A stretch of 64,000 bases of DNA from Candidatus Bathyarchaeota archaeon (GCA_963702095.1 OY969706.1:704001-768000), one strand, 5' to 3'. Numbered from the stretch's first letter, positions 43,565-52,981 are shown. Program-made: numbers and translations. Notes: generated from the sequence alone by a model not told the origin.

Positions 43565-45088
43565 TTAGGAATATGATACCACTATAGCAAACAAATCATT
43601 GTAATGGAAATATTCATTGTCTAGATCTGGAGCGTTCACTCTTATGCGAATGTTTCCGGTGTTGTCGATGTAGTTACCGATGTTTGATACGATACTGAAA
43701 GAAAGTGATGTATCTGTGGTGCCGCTGATGCTTGTAGAATCTTTCTGCTCCCATTGGTGACTGTTAAAGTTATAGATATATAATGTCTGAGTTGCGGTTA
43801 TGCTTCCACCTGTAGCGGTTTGATAATGACCTTCCAGCGTTATGTCTAGTTTGGTCACTTGAGATTCTGTTATTTGGATGTCATCAATATCAAAAGTGCA
43901 GTAGTATTCGAGATTATTGTAAGTATAGTAACCGCCGCCAAACCAATTGCTATGCCAATCACGGTCACATCTAGATATGTAGTATACATTATTACTACTT
44001 TGCATATCAGTTCTTGAGCCACCAGTATTAGAACCAGCTGTATAGGCTGCATCTGCTTCCGGATATAGGGTTCCTTGCTGTGAGGCTGGTTTTACTGTTA
44101 GTTGTGCGGTATCAGATTTGCCAGAGTATGTTCCAGTTATAGTCCAGGTTCCATCATTATCTGAAGTATAGACGTTAGCTGCCCAAGAACCGCCAGCAGC
44201 GACATCCGCTTCCCAGTTTGCTGATGTGCTGACGTCCCAACTGTTTCCAACAGTATCATAGGCCATCATTGAATATGTTTGTGGGTCGCCTGAATCAATT
44301 TCGGCCGAGTCTGGAGATACGACGACGTGATCAAGGGTCCCGGTAGCAATGTGTAAAGCGGCAGTATCGGTTAAACCAGAGTAATCGCCTGTAACTGTCC
44401 AGTCGCCTGTGTTTGCAGAAGTGTAGACGTTTGCTGCCCATGAACCTCCAGCACCAGCAGTTATGCTCCAAGCTGTGAGCGAACTGACATCCCAATTGAC
44501 TGATCCGTCAGATGCGGTTGCTGTAAAAGTAACGGTATCGCCAGATAGAACTGAGGTCGTCTCGGGAGTGATTGATATACTTGTGGCATCACCATGAGCA
44601 GGGGTTCCATCGGAGCCGCCAGACCCTGGTTTGCCTGTTGCTGTTATGAATGTTCCGTCAGTTGTGGTAACTTTGATGTCATGTTTTTGGGTTAAATCGA
44701 AACTTCCAGCTATTGTTACTTCAACGGTATTTCCTTCCGGTATTACTTTACTTGGATCGTAAGCCAAATCATCATCAGCTATGAGTATATTGTCTACGTA
44801 TACGGCGCTGACTTCTACAGATCCTTGCCCAACATTTTGCACATAAACAACAAGACTACCAACATTCGGATTTTCTTCGCTAGCAACACTGGTGAGGCTT
44901 GGGATGTCTACGGCCGTTCCGGTTCTGCTGGTTTGAAAACCCATGTAGCCACTAATCCAGGCATAAGTTACAAGGGAGGCAACGACGACGATGGCAATCA
45001 TCAGAAGCGTTGCAATTACGGGTGATATCGCTCTAAAAGATCGCGGGAAATTTTTTGTTTTACTTTTTAAATTCAGGGTCTTTACAAC
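43565..45088 (-). CDS. Type IV pilin-like adhesin with two Ig-like repeats and beta-sandwich tip; start codon uncertain
   Basis: Frame open upstream of ATG 45001 through PRSFRA|ISPVIATLL; GGSWAANVYTS repeats. Confidence 0.8.
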   Translation of the reverse strand, partial: VVKTLNLKSKTKNFPRSFRAISPVIATLLMIAIVVVASLVTYAWISGYMGFQTSRTGTAVDIPSLTSVASEENPNVGSLVVYVQNVGQGSVEVSAVYVDNILIADDDLAYDPSKVIPEGNTVEVTIAGSFDLTQKHDIKVTTTDGTFITATGKPGSGGSDGTPAHGDATSISITPETTSVLSGDTVTFTATASDGSVNWDVSSLTAWSITAGAGGSWAANVYTSANTGDWTVTGDYSGLTDTAALHIATGTLDHVVVSPDSAEIDSGDPQTYSMMAYDTVGNSWDVSTSANWEADVAAGGSWAANVYTSDNDGTWTITGTYSGKSDTAQLTVKPASQQGTLYPEADAAYTAGSNTGGSRTDMQSSNNVYYISRCDRDWHSNWFGGGYYTYNNLEYYCTFDIDDIQITESQVTKLDITLEGHYQTATGGSITATQTLYIYNFNSHQWEQKDSTSISGTTDTSLSFSIVSNIGNYIDNTGNIRIRVNAPDLDNEYFHYNDLFAIVVSYS

Positions 45089-45149
45089 TTTTAATTTTAT
45101 CCCCTCGTTTTTTTCATATTCTTTTCCAAGCGTTAACTAACTTTATGAC

Positions 45150-45178
45150 TTATAAAATTTCATAGAACAATACTCTAT
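45150..45178 (-). promoter_or_regulatory. Pilin promoter: ATAGA-N7-TCTAT palindrome plus BRE/TATA
   Basis: Minus strand reads ATAGAGTATTGTTCTAT-GAAA-TTTTATAA. Confidence 0.75.
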
Positions 45179-45265
45179 CGCATAAGGAACGGCAACCTGA
45201 ATTACTAGTACAATAAATTTTAATGCTATTGTAACCAATAAGATGCCACGTTAGAGGTTACTTTA

Positions 45266-46390
45266 ATGGACCTTTCAAGCATTCGTATAAGAGAACATTT
45301 TGGATTACTCTCAAATGATAGTCACATTTCACAATTTACTTTTCTTGTCAGCCCCCCAAAAAACCGCTCAGGGATAGAAAAAAACGACTATGTACTGGTT
45401 GATCACCCTCTTTTGGGCGAAGCATGTCAGATCTTAGCGATAATCGCAGACATAGCCAGCTATGAAGAAATCGCAGGTTCCACTATAAACGAACGAAAGG
45501 GAAAGATGCTAGCCACCGCCCAAGTAATCGGCAGCATAGACCTAAAAAAAGACAACAAACCATTAAAGGAAGTTTTAGTTCCGCCAAACCCAGGTTCCCG
45601 CGTCTATATACCCCTAAAAAGCTTCCTGCAAGATATCCTCAACCGCAACCTCAAAGGTGAAGCCTACAAAAAACCCATAGAGGTCGGCACTTTAGAGGGC
45701 TCCTCAGTAGAAGAGCAGAACAGCAGCGGCGCCATCCCCTGCTTCCTCGATGCAGAAGACCTCCTAAATAAGCATACAATAATTACTGGCGTAGGCGGCA
45801 TAGGGAAGACGCACATCAGCAGATGGCTGGCAAAAGCAATGGCCAAAAAAACATCGGCTAAAATAGTTGTTTTTGATTCTTACCGCGAATACGTCAATAC
45901 CTTGAACGAAGATGCCTCAACGACTGCTCTGACGTCTAAAATAGATAAGGACTCAATTGCTAAAGCAATCAAAAATCAACTCACAATTCTAGATGCGTCT
46001 AAGCTTTCAGCTGAAGAGAGACCTTCCTGCTACATGGACTGGCTGCAGCAATTGCTGAAGTACAAATCCGATGCAAAAATTGGGCCGGTTATTGTGATCG
46101 TGGAAGAAGCGGAAAGTCTAGATAGAGACAAATTAAATCAAGTAGTTGCCGAAGGAAGAAAGAGAGGCGTTTTTCTTATCCTCACAGCATCGCATCCTAG
46201 CGATTTGGGGGGGAAAATCCTGTCGCAGATGGGCAATCAGATTATAGGCAGAACAACAGATCCTACAGACATTGAGTGCCTAGTCAACATGTCAGGAACC
46301 GAGAAAACATCACTTTCTAATTTAGTTCTTGGCGAGTGGATAATTAACGGAATAAATGCTAGCAGACCAATGAAAATGCATATCGGCTAA
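45266..46390 (+). CDS. HerA/DUF87-like ATPase with N-terminal HAS-barrel
   Basis: PPNPGSRVY; HTIITGVGGIGKT (Walker A); VVFDSYREY; IVEEAE (Walker B); EGRKRG. Confidence 0.8.
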   Translation: MDLSSIRIREHFGLLSNDSHISQFTFLVSPPKNRSGIEKNDYVLVDHPLLGEACQILAIIADIASYEEIAGSTINERKGKMLATAQVIGSIDLKKDNKPLKEVLVPPNPGSRVYIPLKSFLQDILNRNLKGEAYKKPIEVGTLEGSSVEEQNSSGAIPCFLDAEDLLNKHTIITGVGGIGKTHISRWLAKAMAKKTSAKIVVFDSYREYVNTLNEDASTTALTSKIDKDSIAKAIKNQLTILDASKLSAEERPSCYMDWLQQLLKYKSDAKIGPVIVIVEEAESLDRDKLNQVVAEGRKRGVFLILTASHPSDLGGKILSQMGNQIIGRTTDPTDIECLVNMSGTEKTSLSNLVLGEWIINGINASRPMKMHIG

Positions 46391-46486
46391 TCGATTCAGC
46401 CTTAAAAAGCGATTCTCAATATGAAGTTGACAATAGCAAAATACTTATGTACTATTGGACAACAATACCAAAAACGAGGCCCCTTT

Positions 46487-46917
46487 ATGGCTAAACCAAC
46501 TAAACGCTCTAAACGTAGTAAAATCATAATTGCTGGTATTGTCTGTGCAGCAATCCTAATCGGGGTAACTATAGGCTTCGCCGCTTATTATGCCAGCCAA
46601 ATAATGCGGCCACACAAGATACTGTTGTGCCTAAACTGGTAGGTGTCGACTTGCAACTTAACGATGACAGAACAGATGCTCATGCACCATTCTTACATAT
46701 AACTGGAACAGTTCATAACGAAGGCAACGGCACCGCAAACAATGTAACAATCACTGTTTATGCGATTCAAGGTGAGAATACAACCGCTATCGATGTAACT
46801 CAAAACATAGCCGATTCAATCGAAGCCGGAGCAGATTTTCCCCTCAACTTATCACTAAGCTATACTGGAGAAGCACTATCAGCATTTAACGAACCCCAAT
46901 TTGCATGGACAAATTAA
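46487..46917 (+). CDS. Membrane-anchored small Ig-like protein; frameshift near 46600
   Basis: Basic N-terminus plus TM, then ITGTVHNEGNGTANNVTITV in the next frame; one A apparently missing in caaataat. Confidence 0.65.
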
Positions 46918-47133
46918 CCCTCTTTTTTGGGTTAGCTAATTTTTTTTTTGGGTAAAATAGAGTATTATTTTTTAGTAATCTTATCACGATTTTTTTGAAG
47001 AGAAATGGTTCAGGGGCATAAACTTTTTTTGCAAGATTAACAAGCGATAGGTTTGTAAGTATAACATACCTGGGCAAACTGAAACCATTTTCTATTTTTC
47101 GCGAGCTAACTCAATTAGATCTACAAATGTGTT

Positions 47134-47628
47134 TTAAGATGGGCAATAAGTACTAACAGTAACTCCTAAGGTATTTAAGACAGTACAAGTGAGCGCTCCT
47201 TCTATCTTATAGTGAACATTCAGTGAATCTGCCGTAACGTAGTCAATACCGTCATCGTCAACTTCTATACTTGTACTTGTACTAGAAAATCTTATGATGA
47301 CCGATCTACCAGCTTGTACATGTACTCCAGTTCCGTCGGGATTGACCAAGTTAGCATATAGATGACGCTGCTGATTAGTTTTCTCAACAATCCATATTCT
47401 CGACAAATCAATATCCATTTTAGTAGCGGTTAGTGTTATAGTACCCGAATCGTAGCTTATGTCCATTTGGGCATTAACTTTTTTTGTATATAATTCGTTC
47501 ATTTCTTTTGTTGCAGCGTCATGCCAAAGGTAAACGTTAGTGAAGAAAAACATCAAAATAATTATGAACATTACTGAGCCTACTACTTCTGCTGTGCCCT
47601 TTTTATTTTTTAACAGTTTTTTCAACAT
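47134..47628 (-). CDS. Minor type IV pilin-like protein
   Basis: KNKKG|TAEVVGSVMFIIILMFFF class III signal; last gene of the pilus operon. Confidence 0.75.
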   Translation of the reverse strand: MLKKLLKNKKGTAEVVGSVMFIIILMFFFTNVYLWHDAATKEMNELYTKKVNAQMDISYDSGTITLTATKMDIDLSRIWIVEKTNQQRHLYANLVNPDGTGVHVQAGRSVIIRFSSTSTSIEVDDDGIDYVTADSLNVHYKIEGALTCTVLNTLGVTVSTYCPS

Positions 47629-47640
47629 GTTTTTTCCTCA

Positions 47641-48102
47641 CTATGGTGTTGCTTCAAAACTTGAACCCATTTTAGTTGCAATGGTGAAAGTTGGAGTTGA
47701 ACCTATTGAATTCGCCCCCATATTCCAGAAAATAGTAAAGCTTTTGTGCTCTCCAACTGGTATTTTTATATCTAAATTAAAGTCATTACTAACTGGAGAG
47801 CTTGTTAATTTCAAACTCAAACCATTTAAATAGACAGAGGTTATTTCGGAATCAACTTTACCAGAATTATAGACAGATATTTGCACTGGTATTGGACCAT
47901 TAGTTGTGCCAGTCGGATTTATCCAAATATCTTCAACAGTTAACACCTCTCTGACTGAACCACCTACGCCTGCCTTATAAGCATCAGAATAGGCTGTTAC
48001 GAATGCAAAGAGCAGTGTCATACCTATCATCGTAACTAAGATCATGAGCACGGTTGCTATCACAGGGGAAACTGCACGTCTATTTTGTCGTAGTCGCCTC
48101 AT
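47641..48102 (-). CDS. Type IV pilin (minor)
   Basis: NRRA|VSPVIATVLMILVT; VYNSG...I.SVYLNG. Confidence 0.85.
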   Translation of the reverse strand: MRRLRQNRRAVSPVIATVLMILVTMIGMTLLFAFVTAYSDAYKAGVGGSVREVLTVEDIWINPTGTTNGPIPVQISVYNSGKVDSEITSVYLNGLSLKLTSSPVSNDFNLDIKIPVGEHKSFTIFWNMGANSIGSTPTFTIATKMGSSFEATP

Positions 48103-48106
48103 CTTT

Positions 48107-48958
48107 TCACATCCATCCTGGCGGTATCGCCGCGAAGAAAACAGCGTACCCTGCCACTAGTAGTAAGATTGAATGTTTCATGCCGCTTGCAACTCGGCGT
48201 TCACCGATTTTTCCAGCCATCAAGCCACCTGTTAATGCTGAAACAATCATGAATTGGTAAAAGAATTCCTTAAAGTTGCTGGTACCGCCTCCAGGGGCTA
48301 GAGTGCTAATAACGTCCTGTGAACCTTGAAGAGGCGCAAAGAATGAGCTAACAAGTAAAATAGCTGTAACTATGAATACTGCGAATGAAGCGTATATTAC
48401 AACGATGTAGGGTTTCATTTGGGCGTTGGTGTCTCGGTCTATTTCTTTCATTTCTTCCATGAACCCGGATGTTGCTGTGAAGACTTTTTTGATTGTTCCT
48501 CCTGAGTGGCTGGCTTCTAAGACGAGAACGCAGAAGCGGTTTACGATTGGCGAGTTTATGTTGTTTTTAAAGTTGGTTAATGCATTCTCAAATGAGGTGC
48601 CCCAGGACATTTGGACGACCATTTGTTTAACTTCCTTAGCAAGGGGTCCACTGACCATTTTGTTATCGACAACTTTCTCTAAGGCTTTTGTTAGAGTCAT
48701 GCCAGTTTCTTGTGATTCAGCGACTCCTCTAACTAGAAGGGGCATTTGATCTTCTATTGCAGATAGCCATCTTTGGTGCTTAAAATCTAAAATGGTAGAT
48801 GGCACCAGGATAATGAGTATACTAGCAAAGAAGATTTCGTTTATGTAAGTAGCCAAAGCTGAAGGGGATGCTATTGCGACCACTATTATCATTACTAGAA
48901 CTGCTGCAAAGGATGCGCCGAGTGTTAGTTTCTTGGTTTTTGTTAAGATTTTGCCCAT
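48107..48958 (-). CDS. TadC/T2SS-F family pilus assembly membrane protein
   Basis: Q.PLLVR.VAE..ETGMTL..AL, MSWG.SF..AL..F and GL.AGKI motifs. Confidence 0.9.
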   Translation of the reverse strand: MGKILTKTKKLTLGASFAAVLVMIIVVAIASPSALATYINEIFFASILIILVPSTILDFKHQRWLSAIEDQMPLLVRGVAESQETGMTLTKALEKVVDNKMVSGPLAKEVKQMVVQMSWGTSFENALTNFKNNINSPIVNRFCVLVLEASHSGGTIKKVFTATSGFMEEMKEIDRDTNAQMKPYIVVIYASFAVFIVTAILLVSSFFAPLQGSQDVISTLAPGGGTSNFKEFFYQFMIVSALTGGLMAGKIGERRVASGMKHSILLLVAGYAVFFAAIPPGWM

Positions 48959-48963
48959 GCTTT

Positions 48964-49845
48964 TTACCTCGGAGGAGTCATTGAATCAACAAGGAGTAAC
49001 ATAATCATTACTCCAGCAGGAGTAACAATAAATGTCATCAGTAACATGACAGTTTCAGGGTCTAAGCCACCGAAAACTCCCAGTCCTCCGCCCAAAAAAG
49101 ACATAACCGAAAGCATGACTACGAGCACCAGTGGCAGGGCAATCATGAAGCTGACATACATTTCAGCCATGCCCGCTAAACTATCTAGGAAGCTCTTCAT
49201 CGAGGTGACACGAGCTTTCTTGAATTTATCGGCTTCGTCCCGGAGATAGGCTGCCAAGTCGCCGCCCATATGTGAAGTTGTCACGATACCCTCTAGTAAT
49301 GCACCGAATTTTCTTGAAGCAGACCTGTTTGCAGCTCGTTTTAATGAGTCGTTTAAATCCAAGCCCATAATTTCAGTGTCAGCAATTGCTCGCCGCACTT
49401 CTTCTCCCACGCCGAATTCATCGCCGACATTTGCCAAAGACCTAAATATTCGTTCAGGAGGCATACCTGAGCTTGCTAGTACTGACAAAAAGTTAGCCGT
49501 TAGGGGGAGGTTAGCATCTATTTTTCGAACCTTAGAAGAGATTGTGAGAGAGGGGTATAGATAAAAAACGCCAAAAGAGGAAATGCCAGCAACTAAACCG
49601 GCAACTATGGAGAAAATAATCGCAGCTGCGATTGACGAAGTATTTGACATAATTAAAAAAAAGATTGCAAAACCTACGCCTGTAACTAGGATGGTGGCAA
49701 GCGCCATCAAACCCAAATACGCTTCAAAAGTGATTTTAATGGCAGCTTTAGAAATATTATCCTGCAGACTTTTCAGTTCTTTGACAAGAGAAGCGGGAAC
49801 AAGCTTTGAGGCTCTAAGACAGAGGGAAAGCAGCCGCTTATTCGT
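48964..49845 (-). CDS. TadB/TadC (T2SS-F) pilus assembly membrane protein; likely start is ACG at 49845
   Basis: IDANLP....LSVLASSG, GLDL..SL and GGDL..YL motifs; frame open 43 codons upstream of the ORF-track start, GGAGG SD. Confidence 0.88.
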   Translation of the reverse strand, partial: TNKRLLSLCLRASKLVPASLVKELKSLQDNISKAAIKITFEAYLGLMALATILVTGVGFAIFFLIMSNTSSIAAAIIFSIVAGLVAGISSFGVFYLYPSLTISSKVRKIDANLPLTANFLSVLASSGMPPERIFRSLANVGDEFGVGEEVRRAIADTEIMGLDLNDSLKRAANRSASRKFGALLEGIVTTSHMGGDLAAYLRDEADKFKKARVTSMKSFLDSLAGMAEMYVSFMIALPLVLVVMLSVMSFLGGGLGVFGGLDPETVMLLMTFIVTPAGVMIMLLLVDSMTPPR

Positions 49846-51520
49846 CTTTTGAAGCCTCCGAAAGTATGCGGGAGGGATTCTCCGTATATGAACGAATTAT
49901 AGAGGAAACGTCTCTGTAGTTCCGAATATTTTTCCTAGCCAACCAATTGAGAACCTTTGTTCGGTTCTTTAACTCTTCCTCTGCCTGCTCGAGGCTTAGG
50001 CCTGTTTTTTCAGCGATTCTCTCCAAGATGTAGCTTCTACCTGTATAGTCAAAGGTGCCTTCAAGTGCGTTCCAACGGTAGACTTCGTTAGTCAAGATTT
50101 CACCCGAGCGTGGATCCAAACCGACAATTTCTGAGGCTGCTACTGTCTTTCTGGCGGGTTTGCCCTTAATTTCAACACGTTTCTGTACAAGAATAATGTC
50201 TATTCCAGCGATTAGTGTCCTTGGGATATTCATCGGAGCTGATTCCAAGCGGTAAACTGCAGATTCAACTGACTCAGCATGCAATGTTGACATGCCAAGA
50301 TGGCCTGTGCTGACAGCCTGGAACAACGTGTAAGCTTCGGTGCCCCTGATTTCACCTACGATAATGTAATCAGGTCTTTGTCTCAATGATGCCTTGAGCA
50401 AATCGAACAAAGTAACATCAGCTGAGTCTGTGGCAATGCCAAAGTGAGTTCTGGTCGTGGCTGGAATCCAGTTCTCATGCGGCAGATTAATTTCAGGCGT
50501 ATCCTCGATTGAAACAACTTTCAAATCTGGTTTGATAAACATGCTTAGGCAGTTTAAGAGAGTGGTTTTTCCTGCTGCAATGCCGCCTGCTACGAGAATT
50601 GACACCCGGTTTTCTACAGCATACCATAAGAAAGCTGCCATATCGGCAGATATACTGCCAAAAGTAAGGAGGTCAGTGACTGTAAAGGGGTCAAGTTTGA
50701 ATTTTCTTATTGTGAAGGTTGAACCTTTTCGAGTGACTTCAGTGCCAAAAGTAAGGTTAATTCTGCTACCATCCGGCAGACTTGCATCGAGCAGTGGCTG
50801 AGCTATGGACACGTGAGCTCCACACATGTAGGCAAGCCTAAGCGCAAACGAGTCAAGTTCTTCAGCAGTCTCGAATTTAACGTTGGTTGGGATGGACTCG
50901 AATTTGCGGTGCCAAATAAACAGTGGAACATTAACGCCATCGCAGGAAAGGTCCTCGATTAATTGGTCATGCATTAGAGCATCGATTTTTCCAAAACCCA
51001 AGTTGTCTCTGACAACACAATATATAAGCTTACTTTGGGTCTCTCCGTCGATTTTAAACTCGTAATCATTAAAAATCTCTCGACTCTTTGCAATCAGGTA
51101 TTTTGTCGCTGTTTCCTTTGATTGCAGGTCAGCTGGCTTCATGGTGATTACTTGGTTGAGTATTTCTTTGAGTCGCTTAAGATGAATCTCATCTGACTTG
51201 GTTAATTTGGGCTCTTGGATGTTATATTGGATGGTTCCTCTTTCGAGGTCTTTTACTATGTTTGCATATGCGAAGGTTTCGATAAGCGGATAAGTTTCCA
51301 AAGTTTCCATATTAGAGGGTTCGGTAACTTGAGTTTCCTCTGGTTCAGGGGTGACCAAAGGAACTGCTTCCTTGGATTTTCTTCGAAAGGAAAACTTTGG
51401 CGTTTTTTTCTTTTCTTTTTCAGAAACCACTATTTCAGGTTCGGCCATTTCTTGCTCCAAAGCCTCTGCTGGTTTTTTCCGAGAAAATACTTTTTTGAAT
51501 TCCACCTTACGGGATGTCAA
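49838..51520 (-). CDS. TadA/VirB11-like type IV pilus assembly ATPase
   Basis: GGIAAGKTT Walker A; IEDTPE; LRQRPDYIIVGEIRG; TGH...T.HA. Confidence 0.95.
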   Translation of the reverse strand: MTSRKVEFKKVFSRKKPAEALEQEMAEPEIVVSEKEKKKTPKFSFRRKSKEAVPLVTPEPEETQVTEPSNMETLETYPLIETFAYANIVKDLERGTIQYNIQEPKLTKSDEIHLKRLKEILNQVITMKPADLQSKETATKYLIAKSREIFNDYEFKIDGETQSKLIYCVVRDNLGFGKIDALMHDQLIEDLSCDGVNVPLFIWHRKFESIPTNVKFETAEELDSFALRLAYMCGAHVSIAQPLLDASLPDGSRINLTFGTEVTRKGSTFTIRKFKLDPFTVTDLLTFGSISADMAAFLWYAVENRVSILVAGGIAAGKTTLLNCLSMFIKPDLKVVSIEDTPEINLPHENWIPATTRTHFGIATDSADVTLFDLLKASLRQRPDYIIVGEIRGTEAYTLFQAVSTGHLGMSTLHAESVESAVYRLESAPMNIPRTLIAGIDIILVQKRVEIKGKPARKTVAASEIVGLDPRSGEILTNEVYRWNALEGTFDYTGRSYILERIAEKTGLSLEQAEEELKNRTKVLNWLARKNIRNYRDVSSIIRSYTENPSRILSEASKDE

Positions 51521-51608
51521 CTCAACGTTTCCCCCTCATACATTCATGCTCTTCCTTAATAAATCATAAATAAAAAAAGGATTTACCAAAACAATTCATC
51601 TTTACTGT

Positions 51609-52085
51609 TTACTGTATTGTGAATTGCTTGGTGACTTCTGCGAAGGTTCCGCTTTGAGCAACAACTTTGATTGTGACTTGTTGTACGCCGTCACTTAGTT
51701 GTGCTGTTGAACCTGGTGTTTGGGCAGTCAAAGTTGCTGTCTCTTGCTTGAGTATATTGCCGCTATTTGGTAGGGTAGCAGTCGCTAATACACCGTTGAT
51801 GTAAATGCTGGTAATTTTTACGTCAGAGTCACCAACATTTTGGACATAAACAGTAAAATTATCTGTAGCGTCATTAGCTATGGTAGCGTTTCCATTGTAA
51901 ACTATGCTTTGCACTTGTATACCTTGACCTGTTTTTTCTGTTTGGAAGCTCATATATCCCATGACCCAAGCGTAGGTCACTAGAGATGCAACGACTGCAA
52001 TGGCGATCATAAGTAAGGTAGCGATAACTGGTGAAATTGCACCCATATTTCTACGGAACTTTCGAATGTTTTTTCCTATATTCAT
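51609..52085 (-). CDS. Probable major type IV pilin
   Basis: MNIGKNIRKFRRNMGA|ISPVIATLLMIAIAVVASL; first gene of operon; no passenger domain; ggag SD. Confidence 0.85.
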   Translation of the reverse strand: MNIGKNIRKFRRNMGAISPVIATLLMIAIAVVASLVTYAWVMGYMSFQTEKTGQGIQVQSIVYNGNATIANDATDNFTVYVQNVGDSDVKITSIYINGVLATATLPNSGNILKQETATLTAQTPGSTAQLSDGVQQVTIKVVAQSGTFAEVTKQFTIQ

Positions 52086-52321
52086 TTTATTTTTTTCTCC
52101 CTTTGTTATTGTTTGCTTGTTATTCCAGTTACTATTCCCTTGCTTAATAAGTATGATGTAATATTCATCAATAATTTTTCGGAACATATCGAGAGCTAAA
52201 ATATTGCTCAGTATGCATTTTCAGTGAAGCAATCGTTCATGAACATCAGATAATTATTGGTAGGCTAGAAAAGTTATTACCGAGCGCAGTCTATTCCTTA
52301 GCAGCATAAAGGTTTGACTCA

Positions 52322-52981
52322 TTGATGATACCTATAAAGACTGGAATAGCTGGCCTTGACGAGTTTTTGATGGGCGGTTTACCCCCTAAAATCATTCTTT
52401 TGACGGGTTCACCAGGATCGGGAAACGAAATCTTCGCACGGCAAGTCCTATTCTACAGGGTAAAGTCATGTCCAGTCACCTACTTTACAGTCAACGCAAC
52501 CCCTGAAAGTGTCAGAGAAGACATGGCTGCTTACGGCTGGGACACAACACCCTATGAAGAAACCGACGCTTGGAAATTTAAAAGCCTAAAAAATGCCTCA
52601 GCCAATGAACTATTAAACACAGTACTGGACGAAATGAAACAATCAAGGACCATCGCAATCGACTCAGCATCTGAGTTGCTGCTTACTCACAAAATCAAAG
52701 AAATCGCAAACCTGCTAACAACTTTAACACATGAAAACCGAAAAAGCAAAAACTTCAATCTACTGCTGGTCACCGAAGGCATGCAGGAGCCTCAAGCCGA
52801 AATAACCATGAATCATTTTGCAGAAGGCGTCATCAACTTTGAGATTAACTGGGCTGTCGACTCAACCATGAGACATTTAGTCATAAGGAAGATGTCTGGC
52901 ACCATTATTCCAACACGTAGGCTAACTTATAATCTTGGAAGAAAAGGCTTCATCATAGAAACAGCAACCAGAATAACATAA
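52322..52981 (+). CDS. Single-domain KaiC/RAD55-like ATPase with degenerate Walker A
   Basis: IKTGIAGLD, GSPGSGNE (K/T replaced), IAIDS and R.LVIRKM.G motifs. Confidence 0.85.
   Translation: MMIPIKTGIAGLDEFLMGGLPPKIILLTGSPGSGNEIFARQVLFYRVKSCPVTYFTVNATPESVREDMAAYGWDTTPYEETDAWKFKSLKNASANELLNTVLDEMKQSRTIAIDSASELLLTHKIKEIANLLTTLTHENRKSKNFNLLLVTEGMQEPQAEITMNHFAEGVINFEINWAVDSTMRHLVIRKMSGTIIPTRRLTYNLGRKGFIIETATRIT

Noticed and set aside
22379-45088. Diversity-generating retroelement acting on pilin C-termini
   Set aside because: No reverse transcriptase seen and no TR/VR pair with adenine-only mismatches; variation is whole-domain
46957-46973. ATAGAGTATT match to the pilin promoter motif
   Set aside because: Only the left half-site matches, no adjacent TATA arrangement, and it lies between convergent genes
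47134-52981. Archaellum operon
   Set aside because: Two TadB/C-like genes and pilin-type subunits; no recognisable ArlB, ArlF/G or chemotaxis genes
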